The translations under genes were made by a program, and so were the position numbers. From Eutreptiella sp. 'Long Island Sound 2002' (taxonomy: Eukaryota; Protista; Euglenida): a stretch of 64,000 nucleotides of DNA. Below the pieces are notes generated by a model that saw nothing but the letters and a program-made list of their open reading frames with translations, ran no database searches and had not been told where the DNA came from. Location of the stretch: NCBI GenBank assembly GCA_964036045.1, contig OZ038379.1, forward strand, positions 4,712,001 through 4,776,000. The letters run 5' to 3'. This document shows, in pieces, positions 13,241 through 25,970 of this stretch. Positions within the stretch are counted from its first letter, which is position 1; every line of letters begins with the position of its first letter.

Positions 13241-13402
13241 GAGTCAATAGTTGTACCAGTATTATACAAACAAGGTTCTTTTATTAAAACATTTCAAGGC
13301 ACTTTCAGCATCGTCAACGAATGAGTCAATAGTTGTACCAGTATCATACAAACAAGGTTGTTCTATTAAAACATTTCAAGGCTCTTTCAGCATCGTCGAT
13401 GA
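13241..13402. repeat. Two-copy tandem duplication, about 82-bp unit
   Basis: gagtcaatagttgtaccagt...attaaaacatttcaagg...tttcagcatcgtc at 13241 and 13323. Confidence 0.85.
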
Positions 13403-14220
13403 ACACTTTTCCAATGGGGTATCCCATGGACAATCGAGACTTACTAAAGGGTAAAGGGTATTTTGTTCCAAGCAACCCATGCCCCACCCACGCCACCTTT
13501 CTCAGTGTTTTGTACCTATGGAAGATTCAAGCCATTTTTTTACACACAAGTGGCAAATAGCTTCCCTTCAAGTTTCCTTCATGTGTCATGGAGCGCAAAA
13601 AACCATTTTATTTTGATCAATACCTTCCATTTTGGTACAACGCAACCAGCAATTTCATGCCTTGTTAATTTGGGCCACACCTCCAAAATGCATGTTTCTA
13701 CACTACTACTTCAACGCAACACCCAAAGGCCCATCCATGGACCGTTGATGGTGTACTCCAACCATCGCCGTCGATTTTTATCAAAACTTGACCTATTTGC
13801 GGACACTTGGGGGTTTTGCTATTGTTTTGTGATCAGTTGTGTAAACAAAGGGCAAAATGTTCACCTTTGGTACCCTTTGTTCCCCCCCGTGGAGGGGAAT
13901 GCCACAGCTGAACTAAATTGGTATTCTAATAAATCAGTTGATCAGTTCTAATACTGGAGGTTTATCATTGACACTTCTAGTGGGCACCACAGTGCTGCTT
14001 TTGACTGTCATTGAGGCATATGTGCAGATCCCGCCAACATGCACGGAAAATGCCACATGGAAATAACATCTAGGATTTCTACATTTGTAAAATTATCTTG
14101 ATTGCCTGTGTATACAGCTGTTCATGATGCTGTTTTCTTCCTGCTTTTTGTACATAGGTTTGTGCACTTTGCCATGACATATTGCATTGTGCTGAAACTT
14201 GCCAACTTCGATTAAAAAAC

Positions 14221-15465
14221 CAAATCACCTCGCAGAGGTTGTTCGATCAAAAGCGGACAAGCGTATATAGGAAAAAACGCCACATAACACCCCTTTTGGG
14301 CCTTTTTGGGCCTATTCGCGTACCCTACCCCAAGGGGTTGAATTGTTAGTTTAACCCCTTGTAAAATCATTATTTTGTCCCATAAACGCATCCCCCAATG
14401 ACTTTTTGGTCTGGACCCCCCCCAGACCTTCCCCACTTGGAACCCACTTTTTTGAGCTTTTGATGGAGGGGGGAGGGGGTCAAAAATGTCGAAAAAATGA
14501 CCCCCCCTTTTTTTTTGGGTCGAAAATCATGAGTCTATTGGTTTTTTTTGATTTTGAGCCGAAAAAGTGTTTCCGGGTCCAATTTCCATGGGGTTTGTAT
14601 GGGGCGGAGTGGGACGAGCGCTTGTGCAGCTCATGCACTTTTCAGCCATTTTTGCTATGTTGGTGGTTTGGGCGACCTCGGTGACCCCGTGGTACCCATT
14701 TTGAAGGGTGTGAGTGGGGGGGGATGTTGTGACAGTATATGCCTACTACGATACGGAAAACCATATTTTGCAGTCTATCGTGTTGCTGAGAGCAAGTCAC
14801 AACCCGTGCCAAAGATGCGAAATGGCTGTTTCCACCAATAATGGCCTGGGCCGGCCCACAACCTGCTTATGCTTTTCACCTTGGGCAGCTCAAAAATCAA
14901 AGTTTTCGAACTTGTTTTTATGATATTATGATCAGCTAAAGTGACCATCCAAGGTATGCAAAGCATGTTTTAGGGCGTATTTATGTGTTTTTCACCCTAT
15001 TTGGGTATTGGGTCCAGGGGGGCGGGGGGGTCTCCCAAGGGATTGGTACACAACCTGCTTATGCAGTTTTTTCACCCTGGGCAGCTCACAAATCGAAGTT
15101 TTGGAAACTTATTTTTTCGATACCATGATCACCTAAACTGACCATCCAAGGTATGTAAAGCATGTTCCAGGCCGTATTTACATGTTTTTCACCCTATTTG
15201 GGTATTAGGTCCAAGGGGGGAGGGGGGGGGGGTCTCCCAAGGGATTGGCACACAACCTGCTTATGCAGTTTTTCACTCTGGGCAGCTCAAAAATTGAAGT
15301 TTTCGAAACCTATTTTTCTGATACCTTGATCACTTAAAATGACCATCCAAGCTATGTAAAGCATGTTTTAGGCCGTATTTATGTCGTTTTCCCCCTATTT
15401 TGTGTGTGAGTTGCTTGGAGTAGATTCTCTGCGAGGTGGACTTGCCGAAGGCAATAGAATTTTTC
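14221..15465 (-). repeat. Family A copy: unique arm plus about three 200-bp satellite units
   Basis: Reverse complement of 19925-20170 and 22950-23562; units contain ccatccaaggtatgtaaagcatgtt and poly-G. Confidence 0.85.
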
Positions 15466-16610
15466 AACCTTCCAGACAACCGATCATGATGGGAGGTTGT
15501 CATCAAGCACACCTTAGATCTGAACCAGCTGGCATTTCTTTCCCCATTCTGTTAATACATCTGTGCTGCAACATTTTTTGAAATCTTAAAATGGCTACAA
15601 AATGGACTGATTGATCCACCCATCAAATGCCCAAGTTAACCACAATAATGGCTGGTTGGAGCATTCCCTTTCAATTCCCTGCACTGAACACAGAGCACGA
15701 ATCGGATTCTATCATCGGGTTTCGTCAGATTGTTCAAATGTGCAACTCTCAAGGAATCACTACCATGAGAGGTGTGCAATACTAGTTCAGCGATGGTAGA
15801 TGAAAAACTGTGTAATCATAATGAAAGATCCTTTTACCTTTGGGGCAGACATTAGGGAAGCCAAACCTTTTTTGTGTACCCACAGTTGCATCAGCAAAAG
15901 CAACAGCATGCACCATAAACAGGCGTAAATCCTGTTGCATGTTGGAAAGGAACGGGGTTTGGGGGCGTCGAATACCAACTGCTTGCCTTGCAGGAACACA
16001 CTGGCCAAGCACAAAGGCTCTGATATACTATATGTAGCGGAATTCCAGAAGGAAAAGGTGCAACTTTAGCATGTAGAATTGCATCATTACCCACACACAC
16101 ATTACTAGTGGGCTGTATCAACAAACAAGCATGTGGCATCCTCCTTGCTTTTACAGCTCTTCCACTGCTTCCCCTCAGGACCACTGCTTCTCAAGGGCGG
16201 CACGCTAAATGTGCTGTGATCACCGTAGAACCCCGATGTCTATTCCTACGTTCCCTCAAATCCAGATGAAACCCCTTCAATGTCATAACAGAGTGCTGCA
16301 AATTTGGAATCCCGCAATTCATGCCATACCATTTCCCATCGCCACAATTCTGGATGTGGATCGCGCGGCTGATATTACACCAAGCATTGGGCATTCAGAA
16401 ACTAGTTCTGCCATGAACTGCAGTATTTCGGATGGGAAGTACCAACGACACCTACAGCAGCGTCTGCCTGACCGCATCGTCCAGTTGGAATCAAAGGTCA
16501 CAGCAAAACTAAAGACAGTATGACAATGGGAGTACACAGCACATAGGTGAACTCTCATTCAGCTGTGGTTCTACCTCATTGCAGCACCCAAACTCCCTGG
16601 TTGGTGTCAG

Positions 16611-17880
16611 TTGGGCTCGGCGCGCGCCTCGTTAGCGCCAAAGCCCCCCGCCCCCCGTGCGCCTCGTTAGTGCCAAACCTCCCCCCCCCCATGCGACCCC
16701 CCCCCGCCGTGCGCCTCATTAGCGCCAACCCCCCCCCATGCGCCTCATTAGCACACCAAACCCCCCCCTCCACCGTATGCACCGCCTTGTATGTGGACCC
16801 CCCTCACCTTTGGCTCGCTTCGCTTGATGCGGGGGACACCCCCGCACCCGCTTTAAATACCAAGCCTCCTGCGGTGGCTACAGACCAACTTTTGTGTGCA
16901 TCGCCTTGTGCATGCACCGCCTTGAATCTGCACCGCCTTGTGTATACACCGCCTTGCCAGGCCCCTTAAATAACAAGACTCCTGCGGCGGCTACAGACCG
17001 CCTTGTGTGTGTACCGCCTTCTGTGTGTACCGCCTTGCCTGTGGCCCCTTAAATAACAAGACTCCTAAGGTGGCTACAGACCGCCTTTTGTGTGCACTGC
17101 CTTGTGTGTGTACCGCCTTGCCAATGGCCCCTTAAATAACAAGACTCCTGCGGTGGCTACAAACCGCCTTTTGTGTGCACTGCCTTGTGTGTGTACCGCG
17201 TTCTGTATGTACCGCCTTGCCTGTGGCCCCTTAAATAACAAGACTCCTGCGGTGGCTACAAACCGCCTTTTGTGTGCACCGCCTTGTGTGTGCACCACCT
17301 TCTGTGTGTACCGCCTTGCCTGTGGCCCCTCAAATAACAAGACTCCTGCGGTGGCTACAAACCACCTTTTGTGTGCACCGCCTTGTGTGTGTACCGCCTT
17401 GCCTGTGGCCCCTTAAATAATAAGACTCCCGCGGTGGCTACAGGCCGCCTTTTGTGTGCACTGCCTTGTGTGTGTACCGCCTTGCCAATGGCCCCTTAAA
17501 TAACAAGACTCCTGCGGTGGCTACAGGCCGCCTTTTGTATGCACCGCCTTCTGTGTGTACCGCCTTGCCTGTGGCCCCTCAAATAACAAGACTCCTACGG
17601 TGGCTACAAACCGCCTTTTGTGTGCGCCTCGTTCGCGCCAACCCCCCCCCCCCCCCCCGGCCCCCGTGCGCCTCGTTAGCGCCAAACCCCCCCCCCCCCC
17701 CGCGCGCCTCGTTCACAATCCCCCCCCCCTGTGCGCCTCGTTAGTGCCAAACTCCCCCCCCCACCCTCTGTGCGCCTCGTTAGCGCCAACCCCCCCCCCC
17801 CCCCCCCCGTGCGCCTCGTTAGCACCAAACTCACCCCCCCCCGCGCGCCTTGTTAAACGAGGCGCGCGGTCTCGGTCAAA
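16611..17880 (+). mobile_element. Family B non-autonomous element: GC-rich subrepeats, about eight 83-98-bp minisatellite units, 3' hairpin
   Basis: Units ccccttaaataacaagactcctgcggtggctaca...; flanking gcgcctcgttagcgccaaccccc repeats; hairpin 17843-17867. Confidence 0.8.
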
Positions 17881-18118
17881 CAATGTCACTACCCCTTGTA
17901 GTAATAGGCATGTGCATTCATGTAGTAACTTGTTCCATGCATGGTTTGTGATGCACACAAATGCAGTATCAGCTGTCAACATCGGCTGTACAGCTACAGC
18001 GTCACACCTGTTCCACACCCCAACCAATGCCTACCTCACATCATGAGAGAGGCATCAAGCCTATGATGATGGGTATGCCATTGCAAGTCAACCACTGCAT
18101 CCCATGAAATTGCGGCAC
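17881..18118 (+). repeat. Family D dispersed repeat (inverted copy at 63749-63990)
   Basis: About 240 bp matches the reverse complement of 63749-63990. Confidence 0.85.
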
Positions 18119-18320
18119 ACTTTCGGGTCCGGGCCTTTGCTGGGAGGGGGGGGGGGATTGGCCCTCCCGGGATGTTGGCTGACCCACCCACCCACCCACC
18201 CACCTGCTGGATACCCTGAGGGGGGGGGGGGGGGTCACAGAGCCATTTTCGAAAAAAATTCACCCTTCAGTCTGTACATGGTCCTTGAGCATAAGAAGGC
18301 AGATGCTGAAAAGGTGCATA

Positions 18321-18384
18321 GCAGGAATTGAACCAGGAATTCCCAGCTGCACACACACACAGCTCTGACCACTGGATTACTGGC
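18321..18384 (-). mobile_element. tRNA-like (SINE head or pseudo-tRNA) sequence with Pol III A and B boxes
   Basis: Minus strand GCCAG-TAATCCAGTGG-TCAGAGCTG(TG)n-CAGCTGGGAATTCCT-GGTTCAATTCC; acceptor stem absent, T stem broken; oligo-T about 60 nt downstream. Confidence 0.5.
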
Positions 18385-19924
18385 TTAGCATAGTCACCCT
18401 GATGGAAGAATTGGGAGCAGTAAAGCAAAACAGGTCAGTAAAGCAAAACAGGTCTGCACAAAGTGGCAGCACCACCATGTGTCACACTGTGCCTCCTCCC
18501 ATGAACAACATTGGCGGTCTACCAAGCTCAGCAACCCATCCATCCACCCAAAAAAGCTGACACCCCCCCACCCCTGCACTTTTCCCAAAATCAGGGGAAA
18601 ACCAGACAAACCCACCCACCCTCCCTCCCATGGTATAGTATCAAACCAGCCACTAAGCAATTGCCTGTTTGGGTCCATATCACATCAATCTCAGAATCAG
18701 AGCACAAAATATGCATCAATAATCAGAATCGACTCATGGTGAGGGCAAAGAACCACAATAGCAGATGGCAGAGTGGTTTCCAATAATCGTCACTGTCCTT
18801 CTAACAAAGCTGCAAATTCAAATTGTAACCATGACAAACAATGGTGTTCTATGCTGGCAACGGCATGCCAAGGCCCTCAAACCAGTGTGACACTCCCAAT
18901 GACACACACAAGCCTTCCTCGGTTGTTGCCTTGCCTTGAGAGCTAAGAGCAACAACTTCCCATGTTTTCAGTAATCTTCACCATACTTCTTCACAGTTGC
19001 ACATCTAAAATGCAACCATGCCATCTGATGGTGTGGCACAATTCAATGCCTCCTCTGCAAACAACAACCATAACCAGTTTTGGAATTGACTATTGGATGC
19101 AGTAATGCGCACAGGGAAAGCTCACCATAGAACATATTGCCCTGTAAGTGTGACTGCAGTGTTGTCGATGCAGGGTTTGAGAAACTTGTTTTATTGCAGA
19201 CTGTTCTGAAAACAAACCAGATAACTGAGAAATAGCACACGTTAATCTTTTGACACCATTGCTCCATCAATGTGAAGACTACGGCCCCGGCTCAACGTGT
19301 AAAGCGTGGTAGGGAAGTCTCACCCTTCTACTGTGGCTAAGGAGGAGGGGCGTTACTCTTGACCCATTTTCCAAATGAAATGCTGTAAACTTATACCTTG
19401 CAAGGCTCAGTGCGTTTTCTGAAAACATCAATGTGAAAACTGGTACCACTTCCAAAGCCAAATATTTTTTTTCTTGAGGTGTTATAATCTGGGTGGATAC
19501 AATAAAGGGTTGCCAAGAATCTTAGGTGTGCAATGAGTGGGTAAAAAAAATTTCTGACAACTGGTTGTCTCTGAGGTGGCAAACTAGAAAATTCAGAAAA
19601 AAGGTCATAATTTTCAGACCATGCTTTTGGGAAAAGAAATCCGTTGTAATATGAAAAACTGTGCAGTATGGTGGATAAATCCCCCAAGCCTGGTAAATTT
19701 CATGGTTCACAAATTGTCAACCTTGTTTTGTTCATTGTATGGTCTAAAATGAACCATTTCCACACTCAAATTTACTACGGTGTGGTAGTAAACTTTGATG
19801 AATGTTGCAAACCTCCAAATTGCCTCTTTGTAGAATGAAGGTTTACGTGTCTGATCAAATGCGTTCTTCCATAATGAACTTTTCTGGGGGACCAAAGGGA
19901 ATCTACTCCACGGATGTGGTCCAA

Positions 19925-22900
19925 AAAAATTCTATTGCCTTTGGCAAGTCCACCTCGCAGAGATTCTACCCCAAGCCACACACACCCTAAATAGGGTAAA
20001 AACTACATAAATACGGCCTAAAAAATGCTTTACATACCTTGGATGGTCATTTTAAGTGGTGACAATATCAAAAAAACAAGTTTCGAAAACTTCGATTTTT
20101 GAGTTGCTCAGGGTGAAAAACTACACAAGCAGGTTGTGTACCAATCCCTTGGGAGACCCCCCCCCCCCCCCCCGTGCGGCCAATACCCAAATAGGGTGAA
20201 AAACATGTAAATACAGCCTAAAACATGCTTTACATACCTTGGATGGTCATTTTCAGTGGTGACAATATCAAAAAAACAAGTTTCGAAAACTTCGATTTTT
20301 GAGCTGCCCGGGGTGAAAAGCTGCATAAGCAAGTTGTGTACCAATCCCTTGGGAGCCCCCCCCCCCCCCCGGGACCTAATACCCAAATAGGGTGAAAAAC
20401 ATGTACATACGGCCTAAAACATGCTTGCTAAAACATACATACCTTGCATGGTCATTGTTACAAAAAAAGACATAAAGAAAAAGCCATCAAGAGTCGCACA
20501 GTGGATAAATGCATAGCGGATAAATGCATAGCAGATTGCTTCAGGCAATTGACAAAGAATAATGAGCAACTATTAACAATTTGGGTGGTCACAATATCAT
20601 AAAAACAAGTTTTGAAAACTTTGATTTTTGAGCTGCCCGGGGTGAAAAACTGCATAAGCAAGTTGTGTACCAATCCCTTGGGAGCCCCCCCCCCCCCCCC
20701 CCGTGCGGCCAATACCCAAATAGGGTGAAAAACATGTACATACGGCCTAAAACATGCTTTACATACCTTGGATGGTCATTTTAAGTGGTGACAATATCAA
20801 AAAAACAAGTTTCGAAAACTTCGATTTTTGAGTTGGTCAGGGTGAAAAACTGCATAAGCAGGTTGTGTACCAATCCCTTGGGAGCCCCCCCCCCCCCCTC
20901 CCCCCCGGACCTAATACCCAAATAGGGTGAAAAACATGTAAATACGGCCTAAAACATGCTTTACATACCTTGGATGGTCATTTTCAGTGGTGACAATATC
21001 AAAAAAACAAGTTTCAAAAACTTCGATTTTTGAACTGCCCGGGGTGAAAAACTGCATAAGCAGGCTGTGTACCAATCCCTTGGGAGCCCCCCCCCCCCCC
21101 CCACCCCGTGCAGCCAATACCCAAATAGGGTGAAAAACACGCAAATACAGCCTAAAACATGCTTTACATACCTTGGATGGTCATTTTGGGTGGTCACAGC
21201 ATCATAAAAGCAAGTTTCGAAAACTTCGATTTTTGAGCTGCCCCGGGTGAAAAGCTGCATAAGCAAGTTGTGTACCAATCCCTTGGGAGCCCCCCCCCCC
21301 TCCCCCCCGGACCTAATACCCAAATAGGGTGAAAAACATGTACATACGGCCTAAAACATGCTTTACATACCTTGGATGGTCATTTTCAGTGGTCACAATA
21401 TCAAAAAAAAAGTTTCAAAAACTTCGATTTTTGAGCTGCCCGGGGTGAAAAACTGCATAAGCAGGTTGTGTACCAATCCCTTGGGACCCCCCCCCCCCCG
21501 CCCAGTCGGCCCAAATTTCAGCCACCACAAAGCGAGGGTGCAGGCCGTGGGCTGGTTCCCCTTGGGGACCAGGAAACAGGGGTGGACCTTTTGCTGCCCC
21601 TACCCCCCCCCCCCCCAACAGAAATAGAGCCGGACTGAAGGCGGGCCCGGTACACCCCCCCTCCCCCCAGCATGCCCTTGCACCCTCACTGCAGGCCGAC
21701 ACATGGTGATCGAGGTCCCTCCCCTCGCGAACAAGGGGCGATGCCCATCGACGAGTATGTTGGGGCCTGGGACCCGCATGGTAACCCAGCAGGTGGTCCA
21801 CCTCTCCCCAGCAAGTGAGCACCACGAACCAATGAACGGACAGGTATATACATCCACCCCTACCCCTCTACCCCCCCAGCCTACGCCCCCGACGGGAGGG
21901 GTGCACGGAGTCGGCGCCCTCGGGGCCTGCAAAGTGGAGGCTGTGAAGGGCTCACAGCTTGACCGCTGTGGGTATCCCCTGGGCGGCCTGCCCAGGGAAC
22001 CTCCAGGTGTGCGCGTGCCCCTCCAACTTCATCCCAGACGCCTAGGCCAGCACTGCCCCGTACACTCCAGTGCAGTTGTGGGTGACCCCTGGAGGCCTGA
22101 CACCCACCTGCCGACCCCCCCCCCCCTTCCCCCTTGGAGGGGCCAGTCCGGTGGTGTGCCCTACGGGCCCCCAGGGCTAACGGGGCAGCAGCGCCGCACC
22201 CGGGAACCTTCCCGGGCAGGTCCCAGGGCAGGGAAGCGCTCAGCGCGCCCAGGGACCCCTCCACCTGCCACCAGCGCCCCAGGCCGTGGGAGTGTGGGAC
22301 CCAGCTAGTACAGCGGCGCCACCTGTGCCTACAGGCAGTCAAGGAGCGCGGGTCCCCCCAGTCGTGCCCGGCGCACACCCGTCCCCGTGCGTACGCAGTC
22401 GTGGGACGGGCCGGCAGCGTGTCTCTGTGACCAGGAGGATGCGATGCCCTGGCCCACTACTCCCCGGTGGGCTCAGCTTCAGGCTCCCACGGCCTGCCCC
22501 ACCGGGCCTGGAGCACCAGGCCACACTTGCCCCCCACACGCAAGGCCCAGCCCCCGCCCACACCCTGCCCGCGCGCGCGCCTACACACAGGACGACGGTA
22601 TCTTCCGCCCACTTGCGCTTTGGTGGGGTCAGGTGGCTGTCGATAGTCCGCTCGGCCTTGGAACCGGACAGTCAGGTAGTTCAGCCTCGTGGTGGGGCAG
22701 GGAAGGAAGCCCACACCCGAGGGCCTGCTCCTGCATGAGGCCGCCAACCCAACCCAACCCAACCCAACCCCCCCCCCCCCCGGACCTAATACCCAAATAG
22801 GATGAAAAACACGCAAATACAGCCTAAAACATGCTTTACATACCTTGGATGGTCATTTTGGGTGGTCACAACATCAAAAAAACAGGTTTCGAAAACTTCG

Positions 22901-23562
22901 ATTTTTGAGCTGCCTGGGGTGAAAAACTGCATAAGCAGGTTGTGTACTGGCCCATTCACTAGGCCATTATTGGTGGAAACAGTCATTTCGCGTCTTTGGC
23001 ACGGGTTGTGAACGGCCCCAGGCAAGGCTAGAGACTGCAAAAAACGTCCTTCCGTATCCTAGGAGGCATATACTGTCACAACATCCCCACTTGCACCCCT
23101 CAGAGTGGGTACCACGGGGTCACCGAGGTCGCCAAAACCGCCAACATACCAAAAATGGCTGAAAAGTGCATAAACTGCACAAGCGCTCGTCCCAATCCGC
23201 CCCATACAAACCCCATAGAGTCGGGACCCGGAAACACTTTTTCGGCTCAAAATCGAAAAAAACCAAAAGATTCATGATTTTCGACCCAAAAAAATGGGGG
23301 GTCATTTTTTGACCCCCCCCACCCTCAAAACCTGAAAAAAGTGGGTTTCAAGTGGGGGGGGTCTGGGGGGGTCCGGACCAAAAACTCATTGGGGGATGCG
23401 TTTATTGGACAAAATAATGATTTTACAAGGGGTTAAACTAACAATTCAACCCCTTGGGGTAGGGTACGCGAATAGGCCCAAAAAGGCCAAAATGGGGGGG
23501 TATGTGGCGTTTTCCCCATATATACGCCTGCCTGGCTTTGATCTAACAACCTCTGCGAGGTG
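19925..23562 (+). repeat. Family A copy: about eight 200-bp satellite units plus unique arm, interrupted by inserts at 20458-20580 and about 21500-22770
   Basis: aatacccaaatagggtgaaaaac recurs at about 20183, 20376, 20710, 20911, 21116, 21314 and 22786; 22950-23562 is the inverse of 14221-14880. Confidence 0.88.
21500..22770. mobile_element. Unidentified GC-rich 1.3-kb insertion into a poly-C tract, ending in (CCCAA)4
   Basis: Interrupts a satellite unit within its C-run; no recognisable protein motif. Confidence 0.55.
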
Positions 23563-23565
23563 ATT

Positions 23566-24470
23566 CCATTTTTGAGCTGCCGAGACCGGAAAAATGCATA
23601 AGCAGGTTGTGTGCCCTAAACCCCTTGGTACCCCCCCCCCCCACACACACACCCAAATAGGGTGAAAAATACATGAGGAGGGGCACTCTATATAGGATAT
23701 TTGATCATTTTGGATGTTCAAAATATCAAAAGGATCTGTTTCGGAAAAATTCCATTTTTGAGCTGCCGAGGCCGGAAAAATGCATAAGCAGGTTGTGTGC
23801 ACTCACCAAAGGCCATTGAACCACCTACAAACGGCAATTTTGAAGCTTTTGGGGGGCCCATGGCACATGCTACATGGGCCTGGCAACCACTACGTGGTTG
23901 CCCATGGGTGCTCAAGTACCTAATTGTCACTAAATCATCACCCAAACCCATCCTAGGAGCAACGGAAGGGTTTCGTGAAACATCCAATTTCAAAAAACCT
24001 TCACGTGCCACTAAACAGCCTATCCGGCGTGAAAACGGCTGAGTCCTCATTGGCGAGGGGCCATATAGGGGGGGGTGACTGGGGGTACCTGGAGTTGGGA
24101 CCCGGGACCCCCGCCATGGGTTAGGGGGTCCATATACAAGAAAAAAGTTCTTCAGGACCCAGGTCCAAATACACACACAGCAGCCACAATACACAAAGAA
24201 GTTTTGACCCCCCCCCCCACCCCCCACCCCCAAAAAAAGGGTACCCCGGTGCGGGGGGGTACGGGGGTCGAAATCCAAAAAATCATTGGGGGATCATTTT
24301 TGCTCCTAAAATGATGATTTTACAGGGGGTTGGACGTTAGAAACCATACATCGGGGTATGCTACGCGAACAACCCCCAAAAAGGGGGGTATACGACGCTC
24401 GCGCCTGCGCTTGATCTAACAACCTCTCTTCGAGGTGATTTGTTGCAACGTGGTAGTACACTTTGATGAA
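23566..24470 (+). repeat. Diverged family A satellite units (23566-23800) and a diverged arm copy (24270-24470)
   Basis: ttttgagctgccgag...gcataagcaggttgtgt; gatctaacaacctct...gaggtgatt as at 23540-23565. Confidence 0.65.
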
Positions 24471-25970
24471 TCTCACCAGGAAACATGGGGCGCTCCGTGG
24501 GGTACTCCATGGTGATATTAAATGACAGTTGCACATGGACAGACACACATCGCAGCATGACCGTGTGGTACAGATTGGACACCATTGATGATTCTTGTTC
24601 TGCAGTAGTTGTGGGACGTCGTATGGTTGCACATTGACAGCAAAAGGCACCAACAGGCACGCAATGATGGAAGCCAGAAGCGATTGCGGAAAATTTGCAA
24701 GAAATTTCGGAAACTTGCAGACCTCCCCTTCCCCTCCCCCTCCAAATAATCCAACAAGCACAGCAGATGCACACAGTGCAGGCAACCAGCAACCCACACC
24801 TGTTCTAGTGAAGCCAACAATTTATCCAGTCCCATAACCAGCACCTTTTGGAGCAATCTCTTCTGCCTCATCTTGACTGGATGGGCCTCCACACCATCCT
24901 TGCCTGAGACATGACAAGGGTTTGAAAAGATTGATGCAGATCTTCAAAGGCTTTCCACAAGCCAGGACAGGAAAATTTTCTCCATTTGTGGGTACAAAAA
25001 TGCTGTCTACAACAGTGCACTGTGCATATCATATCATGGACCCCCAAGGGGGGGGCGACCCCTTGGTTCTGGACGCCAACTACCCCCCCTGTGTGACATT
25101 CCGTCTGGTTGTTGCTCCTTTACGGGGCCCTGGACAGTCACCCGTTCTTCCCTTCGCATGTTGCGTCGGGTCGCTGCTTTCTGTTGGCCGCTGCAGCCGG
25201 TGCTCTTGCTGGTGTCGTTTGCGGAGCCCAATGGTTAGTGTGTTGGGGCTGTGCTGAATGTGGCATGGTGTGCCGTTTGCGCGTCAGCGGCGCCCAGTAG
25301 TTGGCGTATTGGGGTTGTGCTGGTTGTTGCCGGGGTCGTTTGACTGTTTTGCTGTCCACGCGCCTCTGTCCGCAGGCCGTCCATAGCCTGCCTCGCTGTG
25401 TTTCTGTATGCGTGAGGCCCAGGTGCCCTGATCCTCCACGCGCTGTCCCGGCCGTCCACCATATGTCCTTTTCCCCCTGACGGCTGGTCTGCCCCTGATG
25501 GGCTCCCGCTACTGTTGCGCAAACAGCCCATCTGGGCTGCGGGAGACACCCCCCACCTGATGCCAGTTGTGCAGGGGTTGCCCTGGCATCTGGTAGCAAC
25601 AGGGCTGGCTGGCCAAGCCATCCCCTTTATTGTCGCTGCCTCCCATGCACACGCTCTCCCATCCGCTCCATTCTGGTTCCCTGTCCCTGCTGTTCTGGTT
25701 GCCTCTCCTGCCTTGCTGTGCCCCTCCTCCTTGTCTGCTGTGCTTGCCCTTGTCCCTCCTGGTGTGGCTCCCGCGTTCTGTGTGTCTGTGTTGCTCCTCC
25801 CCCTGTCTGTTGGCGCTCCTGGCTGCCCCTGTGGCGCACCCCCTCCTGGCAGGCGGGTGGGCGACGAGGATTTCACATCTCACCCGTACGAGGATTTCAC
25901 ATCTGCGTACCAACACTCACTTTGACCCTAGCCTAGGGTGAGAGCTACGGCGAGGGTTAGGGTTAGGGTC

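Noticed and set aside
9900-14200. Viral or transposon coding remnants in the AT-rich stretch
   Set aside because: Short stop-riddled ORFs with no motif I could assign; a translated search is needed.
16960-17640. CRISPR-like array
   Set aside because: The spacers are homologous to each other; this is a minisatellite in a eukaryotic element and there are no cas genes.
19985-21480. CRISPR-like or coding repeat (ORFs 20108..21323)
   Set aside because: Near-identical 200-bp units; the ORFs are repeat read-through with poly-Gly from C-runs.
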